DNA of 64,000 bases, taken from positions 160,001 to 224,000 of the forward strand of contig JBBRPR010000005.1 in NCBI GenBank assembly GCA_038227875.1. The letters run 5' to 3'. Made by a program: the position numbers and the translations under genes. Every line of letters begins with the position of its first letter. The first letter of the stretch is position 1. A model generated the notes under the pieces. The model was not told the origin of the DNA. It saw only the letters and a list, made by a program, of their open reading frames with translations, and ran no database searches. Of this stretch, positions 1 through 10,000 are shown piece after piece. The DNA is from Planctomycetota bacterium (GTDB taxonomy: Bacteria; Planctomycetota; SZUA-567; H5-PLA8).

Positions 1-787
1 TGGCGTAGTCGCGCCAGCGGCGGCGGTCTTCTTCGTACATTTCATCGCCGATGCGGACGATGTTGCCACAGGACAGATCGGTAAAAAGATTGGCGTGCTT
101 GTCGAAGAGCTTCGCGAAACTTTCCGGGCCGATGTGGCAATGGTGTGCGGCGATGAAGCTCGTTTTCCGGTGGCGCGTCACGCAGTCGAGGAAGACGCCG
201 AGCAGTTCGGGATTGCCGTACTTCACGCCTTTGGGCCAGCCGTCCTTCCAATAGCTGTTGCGGCCGCCGCCCATATAAGGGGCGTCGGTGAGGCGCTGGG
301 TGACGTGCCAGAGCACCGGCTTGCCGTGTTCGGCGCAGAAATCGAAGACATCGTCCCATTCGGATGTCTGCCAGCATTCCGGGTGCGCGCCTTCGGTAAT
401 GACGCTGTAATTGTGGAGCTTCAGGCCGGTGAAGCCGTGGAGCTTCGCGGCCTTCTTCAAGAATTTCAGATCGGGCTTGTTGTGGTGCGGCCAGACCAGC
501 CAGAGAAAACGGTCATCGCGCGCGCTGACCTTGTCGAACGCCGCGACGCTTGCCGGCTTGCCGTCCAGCGCCACGTGGCGACGCAAGCGCATCGCACCGG
601 CTCGGGCGTAGAATTCATCGACGGCGCGCTGGACGCCGGGGGCGGTCGTGTTGGCCATGTGGGTGTGACAATCGAGAATGTAACTTTCCGCGGGGAGATG
701 ATGCAGACCCCAGCCGGCGGAGAAGCCATTGTCACTGGTTTCGCGTTCGAGCACGTCAGGCGCATGGGGGAAGAGGCGCTCGGACAT
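1..787 (-). CDS. Amidohydrolase family protein (Amidohydro_2-like TIM barrel); runs off the window start
   Basis: Not in the ORF track (no stop in window). My translation from ATG 787 gives MSERLFPHAPDV...YILDCHTHM...FTGLKLHN...KPVLWH...FIAAHH...LFTDLS, the DxHxH / GxKxH / PVxxH / AH metal-site pattern. Confidence 0.8.
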   Translation of the reverse strand, partial: MSERLFPHAPDVLERETSDNGFSAGWGLHHLPAESYILDCHTHMANTTAPGVQRAVDEFYARAGAMRLRRHVALDGKPASVAAFDKVSARDDRFLWLVWPHHNKPDLKFLKKAAKLHGFTGLKLHNYSVITEGAHPECWQTSEWDDVFDFCAEHGKPVLWHVTQRLTDAPYMGGGRNSYWKDGWPKGVKYGNPELLGVFLDCVTRHRKTSFIAAHHCHIGPESFAKLFDKHANLFTDLSCGNIVRIGDEMYEEDRRRWRDYA

Positions 788-823
788 TTTCGATTTTCCA
801 TTTTTCATTTTCGATTTTCCATT
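786..823. repeat. Imperfect heptamer tandem repeat (ATTTTCS-like x5)
   Basis: attttcg attttcc atttttc attttcg attttcc att, directly upstream of the amidohydrolase start. Confidence 0.85.
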
Positions 824-941
824 GAACGGTCACGTAGACGCGGAGTATCTAACAAGTCGGACATGATTTCTTGATTCTGCCGGGTGGGCGACGATTTGCA
901 ACGGTGGTGTCGACAATAACGAACACGGTGATCTTTTTCTG

Positions 942-1604
942 ATGAGGAAAATCATGATGGAGTCGGCGGAGTTTGGGGTATCGGGGACGCTCTCGATTGT
1001 CGCGGTGGATCCCAGGACGGGCATCTGCGGCGCGGCGGTGGCGAGCAAGTATCCGGCGGTCGGCAGAGTGGTGCCGCATGCCCGCGCGGGCGTCGGCGCG
1101 TTCTGCACGCAGCACTGGCATCATCCGAAATTCGGCAAACGCGCGCTCGATCTGCTCGAGAAGGGAAAGAGCTGCGAGGCGGTGCTCGCAGCGCTGTTGA
1201 AAGGCGACAAACACGCGGACAAGCGGCAGCTGGCGATCGTCGACGTCTTCGGCCGCGCGATCAACCGCAATCCACCGCGTCCCGACACGGGCGGCGAGTA
1301 CTGGGGCGGCGCGAGCGGCAAATACTACGCGTGCCAGGGAAACACGCTAACCGGCAACGCGGTGATCTTCGCGATGGCCAACACCTACGAAACCACGCGC
1401 GGCAGTCTGGCGACGCGCTTGATGGCCGCGCTGCTGGCCGGCGACCGCGCCGGCGGCGATCACCGCGGGCGGCTGGCTGCGGGCATCGTTGTGGCGAAGC
1501 CGAAGGTGAAGGGGTATTGGTTGGAGTTGTATGTGGATGAGAGTGATGATGCGGTACGGGAGTTAGCGCAATTGTTTCGAAAGTCGAAACATGCCGCGAA
1601 GTAA
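942..1604 (+). CDS. DUF1028 family Ntn-hydrolase-like protein
   Basis: GTLSIVAVDPRTG..GAAVAS..PAVG..VP.ARAGVGA..TQ, RQLAIVD, QGNTL, AGGDHRG. The start may be 954 or 957. Confidence 0.85.
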   Translation: MRKIMMESAEFGVSGTLSIVAVDPRTGICGAAVASKYPAVGRVVPHARAGVGAFCTQHWHHPKFGKRALDLLEKGKSCEAVLAALLKGDKHADKRQLAIVDVFGRAINRNPPRPDTGGEYWGGASGKYYACQGNTLTGNAVIFAMANTYETTRGSLATRLMAALLAGDRAGGDHRGRLAAGIVVAKPKVKGYWLELYVDESDDAVRELAQLFRKSKHAAK

Positions 1605-1622
1605 GAGCTAAGCGCCGCGCCC

Positions 1623-2390
1623 TCACTTCTTCTGAGCGAAGAGCCACTCCCAGAATTTCGGGTCGGCGTATGCGGGAACCCAGGAGGCGTGGCCGACGCC
1701 GGGGAATTCGGTGTACTTGGGATCGCCGCCGGCCTTCTTCAGCGCGGCGACCATGTCGCGGGAGCAACTGACTTTGACGGTGGGATCGTCGGCGCCGTGG
1801 AAGACCCAGATCGGGAGTTTGGCGATCAGTGGCGCTTTGGTCACGTCGGCGCCACCACAGACGGGCGCGGCGGCGGCGAACTTCTCCGGGTAGCGGCAGG
1901 CGAGATCCCACGTGCCGAAGCCGCCCATCGATAAGCCGGTGACGTAGAGACGCTTCTCGTCGATGGAGAATTCCTTCTGCAGTGCGGACACGAGTTCCAC
2001 CGTCTGCGCCATCGGTTCGGTGGGCTTCTCTTTCATCGTGTGCGTGGCAGCCTGCCAGTTGGCATCGGACCACTTTTTGTCTTTCGGGCACTGCGGCGCG
2101 ATGGCGAAGGTCGCGAACTTGGCGCGCGTCTCGGCCTTATCCAGTTCGCCGATGCCCCATTTTGTCTGCGTGGAATTGTCGTCGCCACGTTCGCCGGCTC
2201 CGTGGAAGAAGATGACCAGCGGATATTTTTCCTTCGGATCGTACTTGGCGGGTTTGAGCAGGCGGTATTTGAGGACGTGGCCTTCGGCGTCCTTGAATTC
2301 GCGCGCTTCGAAATCGGACTCGGCAGCGGCCGTTGAGGCGAGGACCAGCACCAACAGCGAGAGCGTGGAGACGAACAGTCGGCGTGTCAT
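1623..2390 (-). CDS. Secreted alpha/beta-hydrolase (predicted peptidase / phospholipase-carboxylesterase type)
   Basis: Signal peptide MTRRLFVSTLSLLVLVLASTAAA; YPLVIFFHGAGERG; GLSMGG nucleophile elbow; FHGADD; GVGH. Start moved to ATG 2390, which follows GAGGTG. Confidence 0.85.
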   Translation of the reverse strand: MTRRLFVSTLSLLVLVLASTAAAESDFEAREFKDAEGHVLKYRLLKPAKYDPKEKYPLVIFFHGAGERGDDNSTQTKWGIGELDKAETRAKFATFAIAPQCPKDKKWSDANWQAATHTMKEKPTEPMAQTVELVSALQKEFSIDEKRLYVTGLSMGGFGTWDLACRYPEKFAAAAPVCGGADVTKAPLIAKLPIWVFHGADDPTVKVSCSRDMVAALKKAGGDPKYTEFPGVGHASWVPAYADPKFWEWLFAQKK

Positions 2391-2524
2391 GAGCACCTCG
2401 ATTTTGAATAGAGATTCTGCGTTCACGTTAGCCGTTCTGTGCAGATGTTCCAATACCCGAACTTGTGATTCGTTCGCGCTTTCCATACCGTTGGCGCATT
2501 CACCTTTAATAGGAGCTCAACGTC

Positions 2525-2893
2525 ATGGCTCACGCCGCAGATATGAACAGCGCCCGCCTCACCAAGATCGACATCGCCACCGCGAACATGGAGGCGATGG
2601 TCAAGTTCTACACCGAGGTCTTCGGCCTGACGTTCGCCGAAGCAGTGTTCGATCAGCACAAGCATTATCACTGCAAATTGGGCGAACTTGAATTCGGTCT
2701 GGCTCCCAACGAACCGGCACAGGTTTCGGCCAAGGCCGAAGGCGTTCACCAGTTTCACCTGCGCCTCGCCAACCTGGATGCCTTGATTGCTCGTGCAAAG
2801 AAATGGGGTATCGACGCGACGGCCAATCACGGGGAAGTGTTTCTGTGCGATCCCGACGGCCATCCATGGATGATTTCCAGTGATTCCCGGTGA
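2525..2893 (+). CDS. VOC / glyoxalase-like protein
   Basis: IATANMEAMVKFYTEVFGL ... FLCDPDGHPW; AGGAG RBS. Confidence 0.75.
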   Translation: MAHAADMNSARLTKIDIATANMEAMVKFYTEVFGLTFAEAVFDQHKHYHCKLGELEFGLAPNEPAQVSAKAEGVHQFHLRLANLDALIARAKKWGIDATANHGEVFLCDPDGHPWMISSDSR

Positions 2894-3033
2894 GCGATGT
2901 CCTGAAATCGGTAGTCGCCCGGCGGAGCAGTGCTGAGAACACGAACGAAATCACTAAAAAATTACAATCGGCCCCTGAGTTGCACTACAGCATCTGGCTG
3001 TAGTGCCGGTCACTTTCTCAGGGAGCATCTTCC

Positions 3034-3990
3034 ATGAAATTCCTATCGTGTGTGCTGTCGTTGTTTTTCGTTTGTGCGGTTCTCCGCGCCGAAACCACGC
3101 CGCTCCGCCAGCCGCTGCCCACACCTCAAAATACGCCGACCGACGCGCGGCAGTTGATCCTGGACTACGACGGGATTCTGACGCAGGACGGTTTCATCGC
3201 GCAAGATCGCAACGACATGTCCACGGCGCTGACCAGCAATGGAAATCTGCACGACATTGTCATCCAGTTTTTCAAAGATCGCGATCAGGCGGCGAATTTC
3301 AGCGCAAACTTATTCACTGATCGCGTGCGCCTTCGCCGCGACATCGGATACATCCCGACACCGCTGTTCCGTTCGCCGCGAGCTCAAGGCTTGAGCATCG
3401 ACGCGAGCAATTACATCAAAGCGTTTGATGCGCGAAGCGCGGCGGACGCGGCAGTGACCCGTGACATCAACGGCATGCGCAACGCCTTGGCCGTCAACGA
3501 CACGGCGGCGATCACGTCCAATGCGAACGCGTTTTTCGTCGACCGCCACAACCGCGCCCAGGCCCGCGCTGATGAAGCCGGTGCCATCGCCGCGATGAAG
3601 CGGGATCTTCGCTTCCACCTCAAGACGTCCGTTCACAATCCCGGGCGCGCGAGTCTCTCCGATCACGTCAAGCGTTACCTCGACGATCGCGCGCGCTGGT
3701 TAAACGATGGCCAGTTGGTCGCCACCGACCGCAACAACCTGCGCGCGTCGCTGGCCAGTCTGGAATCGGTGGTGCTCGTGTTTTTGACCGACCATCATCA
3801 TGTCTTCGAAGACAGCAGGCAGCTGGGCCTCGACCGCGACGTCCTGCGGCTGGACGTGCGCTACAAACTTCCGCGCCGCGCCAAGAACTTCTTCGGCTCG
3901 CTCGTCGGCCAGGGCAGTTCGAAGGAAGACGCGATTGAAACGGAAGACATCGACCAGGACGTGTCTTCGGACAACATCGGCGAGAAGTAA
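3034..3990 (+). CDS. Secreted hypothetical protein with three internal helical repeats
   Basis: Signal peptide MKFLSCVLSLFFVCAVLRA; repeated DRNDMSTAL / DINGMRNAL / DRNNLRASL and RRDIGY / KRDLRF / RLDVRY; GGGAG RBS. Confidence 0.75.
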   Translation: MKFLSCVLSLFFVCAVLRAETTPLRQPLPTPQNTPTDARQLILDYDGILTQDGFIAQDRNDMSTALTSNGNLHDIVIQFFKDRDQAANFSANLFTDRVRLRRDIGYIPTPLFRSPRAQGLSIDASNYIKAFDARSAADAAVTRDINGMRNALAVNDTAAITSNANAFFVDRHNRAQARADEAGAIAAMKRDLRFHLKTSVHNPGRASLSDHVKRYLDDRARWLNDGQLVATDRNNLRASLASLESVVLVFLTDHHHVFEDSRQLGLDRDVLRLDVRYKLPRRAKNFFGSLVGQGSSKEDAIETEDIDQDVSSDNIGEK

Positions 3991-4020
3991 TGGGAATGTC
4001 GAATGTAGAATGACGAAATG

Positions 4021-4058
4021 ACGAAATCAGCAGGAGCGATCCTGCTGATTTCGTTTTA
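4021..4058. terminator. Probable intrinsic terminator hairpin between convergent genes
   Basis: acgaaatcagcagga-gcga-tcctgctgatttcgt is a 15-bp stem followed by ttt; it is preceded by heptamer-like gaatgtc gaatgta gaatgac. Confidence 0.7.
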
Positions 4059-4535
4059 CTAGAGCAGCACGATCACCAACGCGACGGCGACCAGGATCGT
4101 TTGAAGCAGCGACAAGCCCATGCTCGCGCCGTGCAGCGCGCCGAAGGCTTTGCGTTCGGGGCTGTCGACGTTGGCGGGGGTGAATTGGCCGATCTGTGCG
4201 CGCAGGGCTTCGATCTTGGGGCCGATGTAGGTCATCAGCACCACCATGATCAGCACGGCGGCAACGAGCGACGCGGCAGGGACGATGCGGCGCCAGCCGG
4301 CGGAGTCGGCGTTGAAAAAGAGCGTGCCTTCAGAGAGCAGCGCCACGACGGCCAATGCCATCGTGAAAAACGCAGCGGCGTGGAGAATCGATCCGACGAC
4401 TTCGCCGGCCTTGGTGCGGTCGGGCGCGAGTTTTTCGAAGACAATCGGCGCGGCGATGAAGACCATGATCGAGGCGCCCAGCCAGACGCCCAGCGACAGC
4501 GCGCGAGCGGCGCGCGCGAGATTCAACCAATTCAT
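4059..4535 (-). CDS. DUF4149 (TMEM205-like) membrane protein
   Basis: Four hydrophobic segments; VWLGASIMVFIAAPIVFEKL...AGEVVG, FGALHGASM. Confidence 0.75.
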   Translation of the reverse strand: MNWLNLARAARALSLGVWLGASIMVFIAAPIVFEKLAPDRTKAGEVVGSILHAAAFFTMALAVVALLSEGTLFFNADSAGWRRIVPAASLVAAVLIMVVLMTYIGPKIEALRAQIGQFTPANVDSPERKAFGALHGASMGLSLLQTILVAVALVIVLL

Positions 4536-4598
4536 GCGTGACGTCTCCTTGAAATACGGTCCGACGCGGCAATACTACTCGTGTCGAGGAACCGAGCC

Positions 4599-4895
4599 AT
4601 GTCTGAATCCGTGCCCCTGCCCATTCCCACTCCGCCACCGCCCATCGGGGCCGCGCCCGATAACGAAGATTACTCACACCCGTGGATCATCAGCGCGATT
4701 GTTTCGGCAATCTGCTTCGCGATCGGATTTACGTTGCTCTACACCACGGGCCTCTGGGCGAATTTCTGGCAGTGGGCGGACGCCGCGTTCCTGATCTATG
4801 CCGCGATTTTGACTCCGGTGCTGCTGGGCTTTTACAGCTACGGCATTTACCTGCTGATCTCGAAAATCTTCGGACTGCGCCGCGCTAAAAAATAA
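4599..4895 (+). CDS. Small two-TM membrane protein
   Basis: Pro-rich N-terminus, two hydrophobic helices and a basic tail; GAGG upstream of ATG 4599. Confidence 0.6.
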   Translation: MSESVPLPIPTPPPPIGAAPDNEDYSHPWIISAIVSAICFAIGFTLLYTTGLWANFWQWADAAFLIYAAILTPVLLGFYSYGIYLLISKIFGLRRAKK

Positions 4896-4989
4896 TCCGC
4901 GATCTTTTTGCATTGCGTCGTGACCCAATCACGTCTTAAAAGGTGGGGACGTTACAGCATCACTCCCACTTCATAAAGAGGCGCGCCCT

Positions 4990-6852
4990 GTGGACACGGT
5001 CCAGACCGAACCTGACACCGATGCGCACTTACTACAACACTTCGTCGCTTCGCAGAGCGAAGACGCCTTCCACGCCATCGTCGCCCGCCACGCTAATAAG
5101 GTGTATTCGTGCTGCCTGCGCGTTTTGAACGACGTGCACGCCGCGGAAGACGCGACGCAGGCGGTCTTCCTCCTTTTGGCGCGCAAGGCGGCCAAGCTGC
5201 CGCCGGATACGGTGCTGGCGGGGTGGCTTTACCGCACGGCCAGTTGGACGGCGCTGGAAACGCGCCGCACACTGGCGATTCGCGGCCGGCATGAACATGC
5301 CGCCGCGGCGCAGACCGCGCGCAATCCGAAGTCCGGGCCGGACGACTCGGCCACTGAGAATCTCCGCGTACAACTCAGCGAACTGCTGGCGACCTTGCCG
5401 CCCGTGCAGCGCGACGCGATTGTGCTCCATTTTCTCGACGGGCGCACGGAGGTGGAGATTGCCGCGGAGCTGGGATGTCCAGCGAGCACCGTGGCCACGC
5501 GCATCGCGCGGGGTCTGGCGAAGCTGCGCGATGGTTTGCAGCGTCGCGGCTACACTCTGGCGGCGCCGTTCATTCCGTCGCTGCTGAGCCAACTGGCGAA
5601 AACGGCGGCGCCCGAAAGTCTGCTTAGCGCCATCCGGCTGACCGGGCCCGGGCACACCTCAGCGTCGTTGCGCGCGGTGGAATTCGCTGCGCACTCCACG
5701 CGGGCAGCTTCGCGCGTGACGCTGAAGACGGCTGTCACCGTGACGCTCGGTGCGATCGCATTTTTAGGAACGGCTGGCTACGTCGCGCATCGCGTTGCCA
5801 CGCCAGCGCCGCCATCCGCGTTGACCAGCGCGGCGTACAGCCCGGAGATCCGCGATCCGAAAATTCTGTGGGATGTCACGCTGGAGGGCAACACGCCCTC
5901 GCACCTGATCGCCAACGATCTCGTGCTTCTCTACATTCAAGGACAGGGCCAAGACACTGCGAAACAGTGGATCGAAGCGCGGCAGATCAGCGACGGCGCG
6001 AAAGTCTGGACGTCGTCGGCCGGCGGGACGCTCTGCGCAGTAACCAGCGACATCGTGATCTGCTCGTCCGGAGCGGATATTTTCGCGCTGAAGCTGTCCA
6101 CGGGCATCGAACGCTGGCGCTGGCACGGCAACGATACGCGCCGGCGCTCGCCAGTCGTCTACGACAACGGCGAAGTTTTCACCGTCGCGGCCAAATCCGA
6201 CGACCGCGAATGCAGCATCTGCTGTCTGGAAGCGACGACCGGCCGCACACTCTGGGAAGCGCCGGCGGCGGTGGGTCCGGTCAGCTCCGCACCGAGCGTC
6301 GATGGCGATCACGTCTATGTGGCCGGCGACAATGGTGTCGCGTGCGTCTCGCGCGCAGAGCAGCGCGTGCTCTGGTCGCAGACGGTCGCGGCGAAGATCG
6401 CGCCGTCGGCTTGCGGTGGCCGGGTGATCGTGCCGGGCCGCGAGATCACGTGCCTGAGCGCGGCCAATGGTGCATGGGCGTGGACGGTGCCCGGCCATCT
6501 CGACAACTCTTCACTGACGGCGACTCCGGATGCGCTCTACACCGGCCTGCAGCACAATGCTTCCGCTGAAGCACCGGCCGCGAACGTGTACGCCGCAATT
6601 CAGCCGCTCAGCGGAAAGATCCTGTGGGAGCGGACGTTCGCGGGCGAAGTTCACGCGGGCGCGGCGGTCACCAATCAGAGCGTCTACGTCACGTGCTGGG
6701 ACGACGCGCTGTACGCGCTCAACCGCTCCACCGGCGAGCAGCTCTGGCGCCTGCCCCTGACGCTCAACCGCTGGTCCCCCACCCCGCTAATGGCCGCCGA
6801 CCGGATGCTGGTCTGTTTTCAGAACAAAATCTACTGCATCGGCAATAAATAA
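4990..6852 (+). CDS. ECF RNA polymerase sigma factor fused to a TM helix and PQQ/BamB-like beta-propeller
   Basis: Region 2 AEDATQAVFLLLARKA..LAGWLY; region 4 LPPVQRDAIVLHFLDG..EIAAELGCPASTVATRIARG; TM near aa 245-265; repeated ..TGxxxW blades. Confidence 0.85.
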   Translation: MDTVQTEPDTDAHLLQHFVASQSEDAFHAIVARHANKVYSCCLRVLNDVHAAEDATQAVFLLLARKAAKLPPDTVLAGWLYRTASWTALETRRTLAIRGRHEHAAAAQTARNPKSGPDDSATENLRVQLSELLATLPPVQRDAIVLHFLDGRTEVEIAAELGCPASTVATRIARGLAKLRDGLQRRGYTLAAPFIPSLLSQLAKTAAPESLLSAIRLTGPGHTSASLRAVEFAAHSTRAASRVTLKTAVTVTLGAIAFLGTAGYVAHRVATPAPPSALTSAAYSPEIRDPKILWDVTLEGNTPSHLIANDLVLLYIQGQGQDTAKQWIEARQISDGAKVWTSSAGGTLCAVTSDIVICSSGADIFALKLSTGIERWRWHGNDTRRRSPVVYDNGEVFTVAAKSDDRECSICCLEATTGRTLWEAPAAVGPVSSAPSVDGDHVYVAGDNGVACVSRAEQRVLWSQTVAAKIAPSACGGRVIVPGREITCLSAANGAWAWTVPGHLDNSSLTATPDALYTGLQHNASAEAPAANVYAAIQPLSGKILWERTFAGEVHAGAAVTNQSVYVTCWDDALYALNRSTGEQLWRLPLTLNRWSPTPLMAADRMLVCFQNKIYCIGNK

Positions 6853-6893
6853 CCCGCTGTCCATTCCGCTGGAATACCCGCTGGAATACCCGC
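6853..6893. repeat. 12-bp direct repeat (ccgctggaatac x2 plus degenerate copies)
   Basis: Seen directly after the ECF stop codon. Confidence 0.6.
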
Positions 6894-7064
6894 ACAATGC
6901 AAGTTGTACTCGAATGACAAAAGCTTAAAAATAATTGTGGAGTGACCGCGCGACAGGAGTCTTGTTCATAGAAACTCGTAACACTCGGCGAACTTAAAAC
7001 GTCATCTATCCACAGCGTCGTTTAAGTAGCGTGCGGCACGGCAAGGAAGGACGGCACTCCCAGG

Positions 7065-10000
7065 ATGCGGCGAGGAGCGTGGATAGCGGGTGCTGTCGCC
7101 ATGGGCCTGTTGGTGCTGGTCCTGCAGGTGCTTCACGCGCGCTCCAACAACACGTCCTCGCAACCGTTCAAAGCCGAACCGATGGTGGAACTCACCGGAA
7201 AAGGATTCGGTGCGGGCGACATGATCTATCTGGCGACCGGCGACAACCGCTGGCCGTTTTCGACGCCAGGATTCAGTGAACGGACACTCACCTTCCCCAA
7301 CGCGGTGGACTTGCGGCCGTTCTCGACGCTGCGGATTCCGCTGCATCTGCTCGGCAGTTCCATCGGGCGCATCCGCGCCAAGCTGCGCTTCGTTCATCAC
7401 AACGGCTGGGTCTATGAGACGTGGCAGGAACTCCCGCTGTACTTCGGCGAGCAGGGCACGCTGAGCGTCGACATCGGGCCGGATTCCTGCGATATGGTGC
7501 CGGTCGGGCACGGCCGGCCGTGGGATGGCGAATCGGCGCGCGCAATCAAGAAGCTGACGCTCTCGGTCCACTCGGAAGGCATCGCGCACGGCTTTCTGGA
7601 AGTGGGCGACCCGAAGCTCGACAACCCGCCCAAGGCCGCGCCGGAGACGGAAAAAAATCCGTTCTCGGTGGTGGCCGGAGCCGTCTGGCCGCCGCTCAAT
7701 TTAAAAATGATGGACTTCGCCGCCGACGTCGCCGACGGCAGCGTCGATGCGCATTTCCGCCTCGACCCCGCGCCGCAGGATCCCTATGACCCGAAGGACT
7801 GCGACCTGCGCGTGCTGTTGATCAAGGCCGCGGATGAAGCGGGCGTCAGCGCCGGTCTTACCAAAGGCGCTGCAGTCGAGGCGTCGATGCTCAGCCAGGC
7901 GCGCGCGGCGTACTTTGATCAGAATTACTACATTTACGAGGGCGCGCGCAATCCGGCGGAGGAACTCAAGCCGCTGGGCGTGCCATTCTTCCGCGCGCGC
8001 ATTCCGTTCGATGCAGCAAACCGCGGCAATGTTGAACAAGGCGTTACCGCCGTATTGATCTTGAACGGGAAAGTGTTGACCAAGTCGCACATCACGCTGA
8101 ATTCCGGCGAACAGACCGTCGCCCGCGTCTGCAAGGATGCGCGCGCGTCAACCGTGACGCCGCCACCGTGGACGGTCTGGGGCAACGACGCGTATTGCGA
8201 GATCTACCGCCCGCGCACGGAATGGACGGGCATGCCGTGGCGCACGGAGTCGGCAACGTACCTCGGCGAACGTGGCGGCGAAACGGGCGAGTTGCCGAAG
8301 CATTCGGCGTGGTCGTTTGCCACGACGCTGGATCACGGTGCGTGCTGGGTTGCGCCGATCGAATGGAATCAGGCGTGGGGCAAGTGGCAGGGGCTGGGGC
8401 GCTACGATCTGGAACTGTGCTGGCGCTTTGAACGGATACTGGAGCACGCGCGCCAGGAAAGCATGGCGCTGCCGCTGTTGCTGACGTCCGACACCATGTT
8501 TTTCAATCAGGGCAAGTACCGCTGGCCGATGAACCCGCTGAACGCGGCTTCCGGCGGACCGGTCTCCGCGGCGGGTCAGTTTTTCTCCGATCCGCAGGCG
8601 CGCGCGAATTTCCGGCGGCGGCTGCGCTACCTGGCGGCGCGCTATGGCACGGCTCCGGCGCTGCAGGGCTGGCTCTTCGGCGCGACGCTGCCGGCCGAAA
8701 ACGTGCCGGGCTGGCACCAGGAGATGGCGTCGCTGCTGAGCGCCATCGACAACGGCCGCGGCTGGTACGACGCGAAGAAGGCGCGGCTTTCTGAAGGCGT
8801 TCCGGAAGCGCGGACGGCCGATGCAGACGCATCTTCGCGCGGCAAGAGCGTACTGGCGCACGATATCGTCAGCCTGCATCCGTGGGCGACGCCGTTCATG
8901 AAAATTTCGCGCAAGAACAGCTTCGAACCCGGCTCGCATGACCTGGAGAATTGGAAGGCCGAGCAGCGCCTCTCGCCGGGCACATCGATGCGCATTTCCA
9001 CGACGCTCGCCAGCGATGGGCAGCAGTCGATCGCGCTACGCGCTCAGAAGATGCCGGGCAATGTCTGCCTGATCCGCGAGCTGCTTTTCTCCTCGGCGGA
9101 AGCCGACAATTTCTACGACTTTCACACGCTGGTCTTTGACGTCTACGTGCCTCCGGATGCGCCGCACGACATGCGCGCGGTGGTCCATCTGCGCGATCGC
9201 GACGAACTCTGGTACGAAGCGCTGCTCGATCCGCTGCTGCGGCCTGGCGAGTGGACCAAGTGCGTGCTCGACATCACCGCCGACAACATTCACAAGCTCA
9301 AACCCGTCAACCACCAGCGCCCATGGGACGACTACTCGCGCACGCGCATCCGCGAAATCGGCTTCCGTATTTTCTGCGGACACGCGTTCACCGGCGAAAT
9401 CAACCTCGACAACATTCACTTCGTCGGCGAACAGGTTGGACGGATCACGCCCAAGGTCACGCCGGTGGTACAGTTGCGCGATGCCGCGCCGCACGAAGTT
9501 CCACGCTACGACAAGTGGGAGATCGACTTCGATCTTAACAAGAGCTACCCCAATCCTTACGATCCCGAAGTCGTCGACGTCTCCGCGCATATCACGCGGC
9601 CTGACGGCAAGGAAGTGGTCGTGCCCGCGTTCTTCTACGAACCCTACGAGCGGCGGCTGGTCAAGCGGCAGGTGACCCCAGGCGAAATGGACGAGGACGT
9701 TGTCCACGAGGCGGAAGTCGAAGAGATCGTGCCGGTCTCTGGCGGAATGAAGGGGTTCTGGAAGCTGCGTTACGCGCCGGAGCTGGAAGGCCCGCACAGC
9801 GTCGTGTTGGAAGTGCGCGAGAACGGAAAGTGGAAGCGCGAAAAAGAAGCGTGGACGCCCGACGACCGCTTCGATCACAACGGTAATTCGCTGCCCAATT
9901 CGCCGCAGTACATGGAAAATCAGTTCACGGAAATTCCCGACCGCCACGAGGACGGGCGCCGCCTGCTCCAGGAACTTTCCTACACCAAGGGCGAAGTTGT

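Noticed and set aside
95..874. 259-aa plus-strand ORF
   Set aside because: Shadow of the minus-strand amidohydrolase that the ORF track missed.
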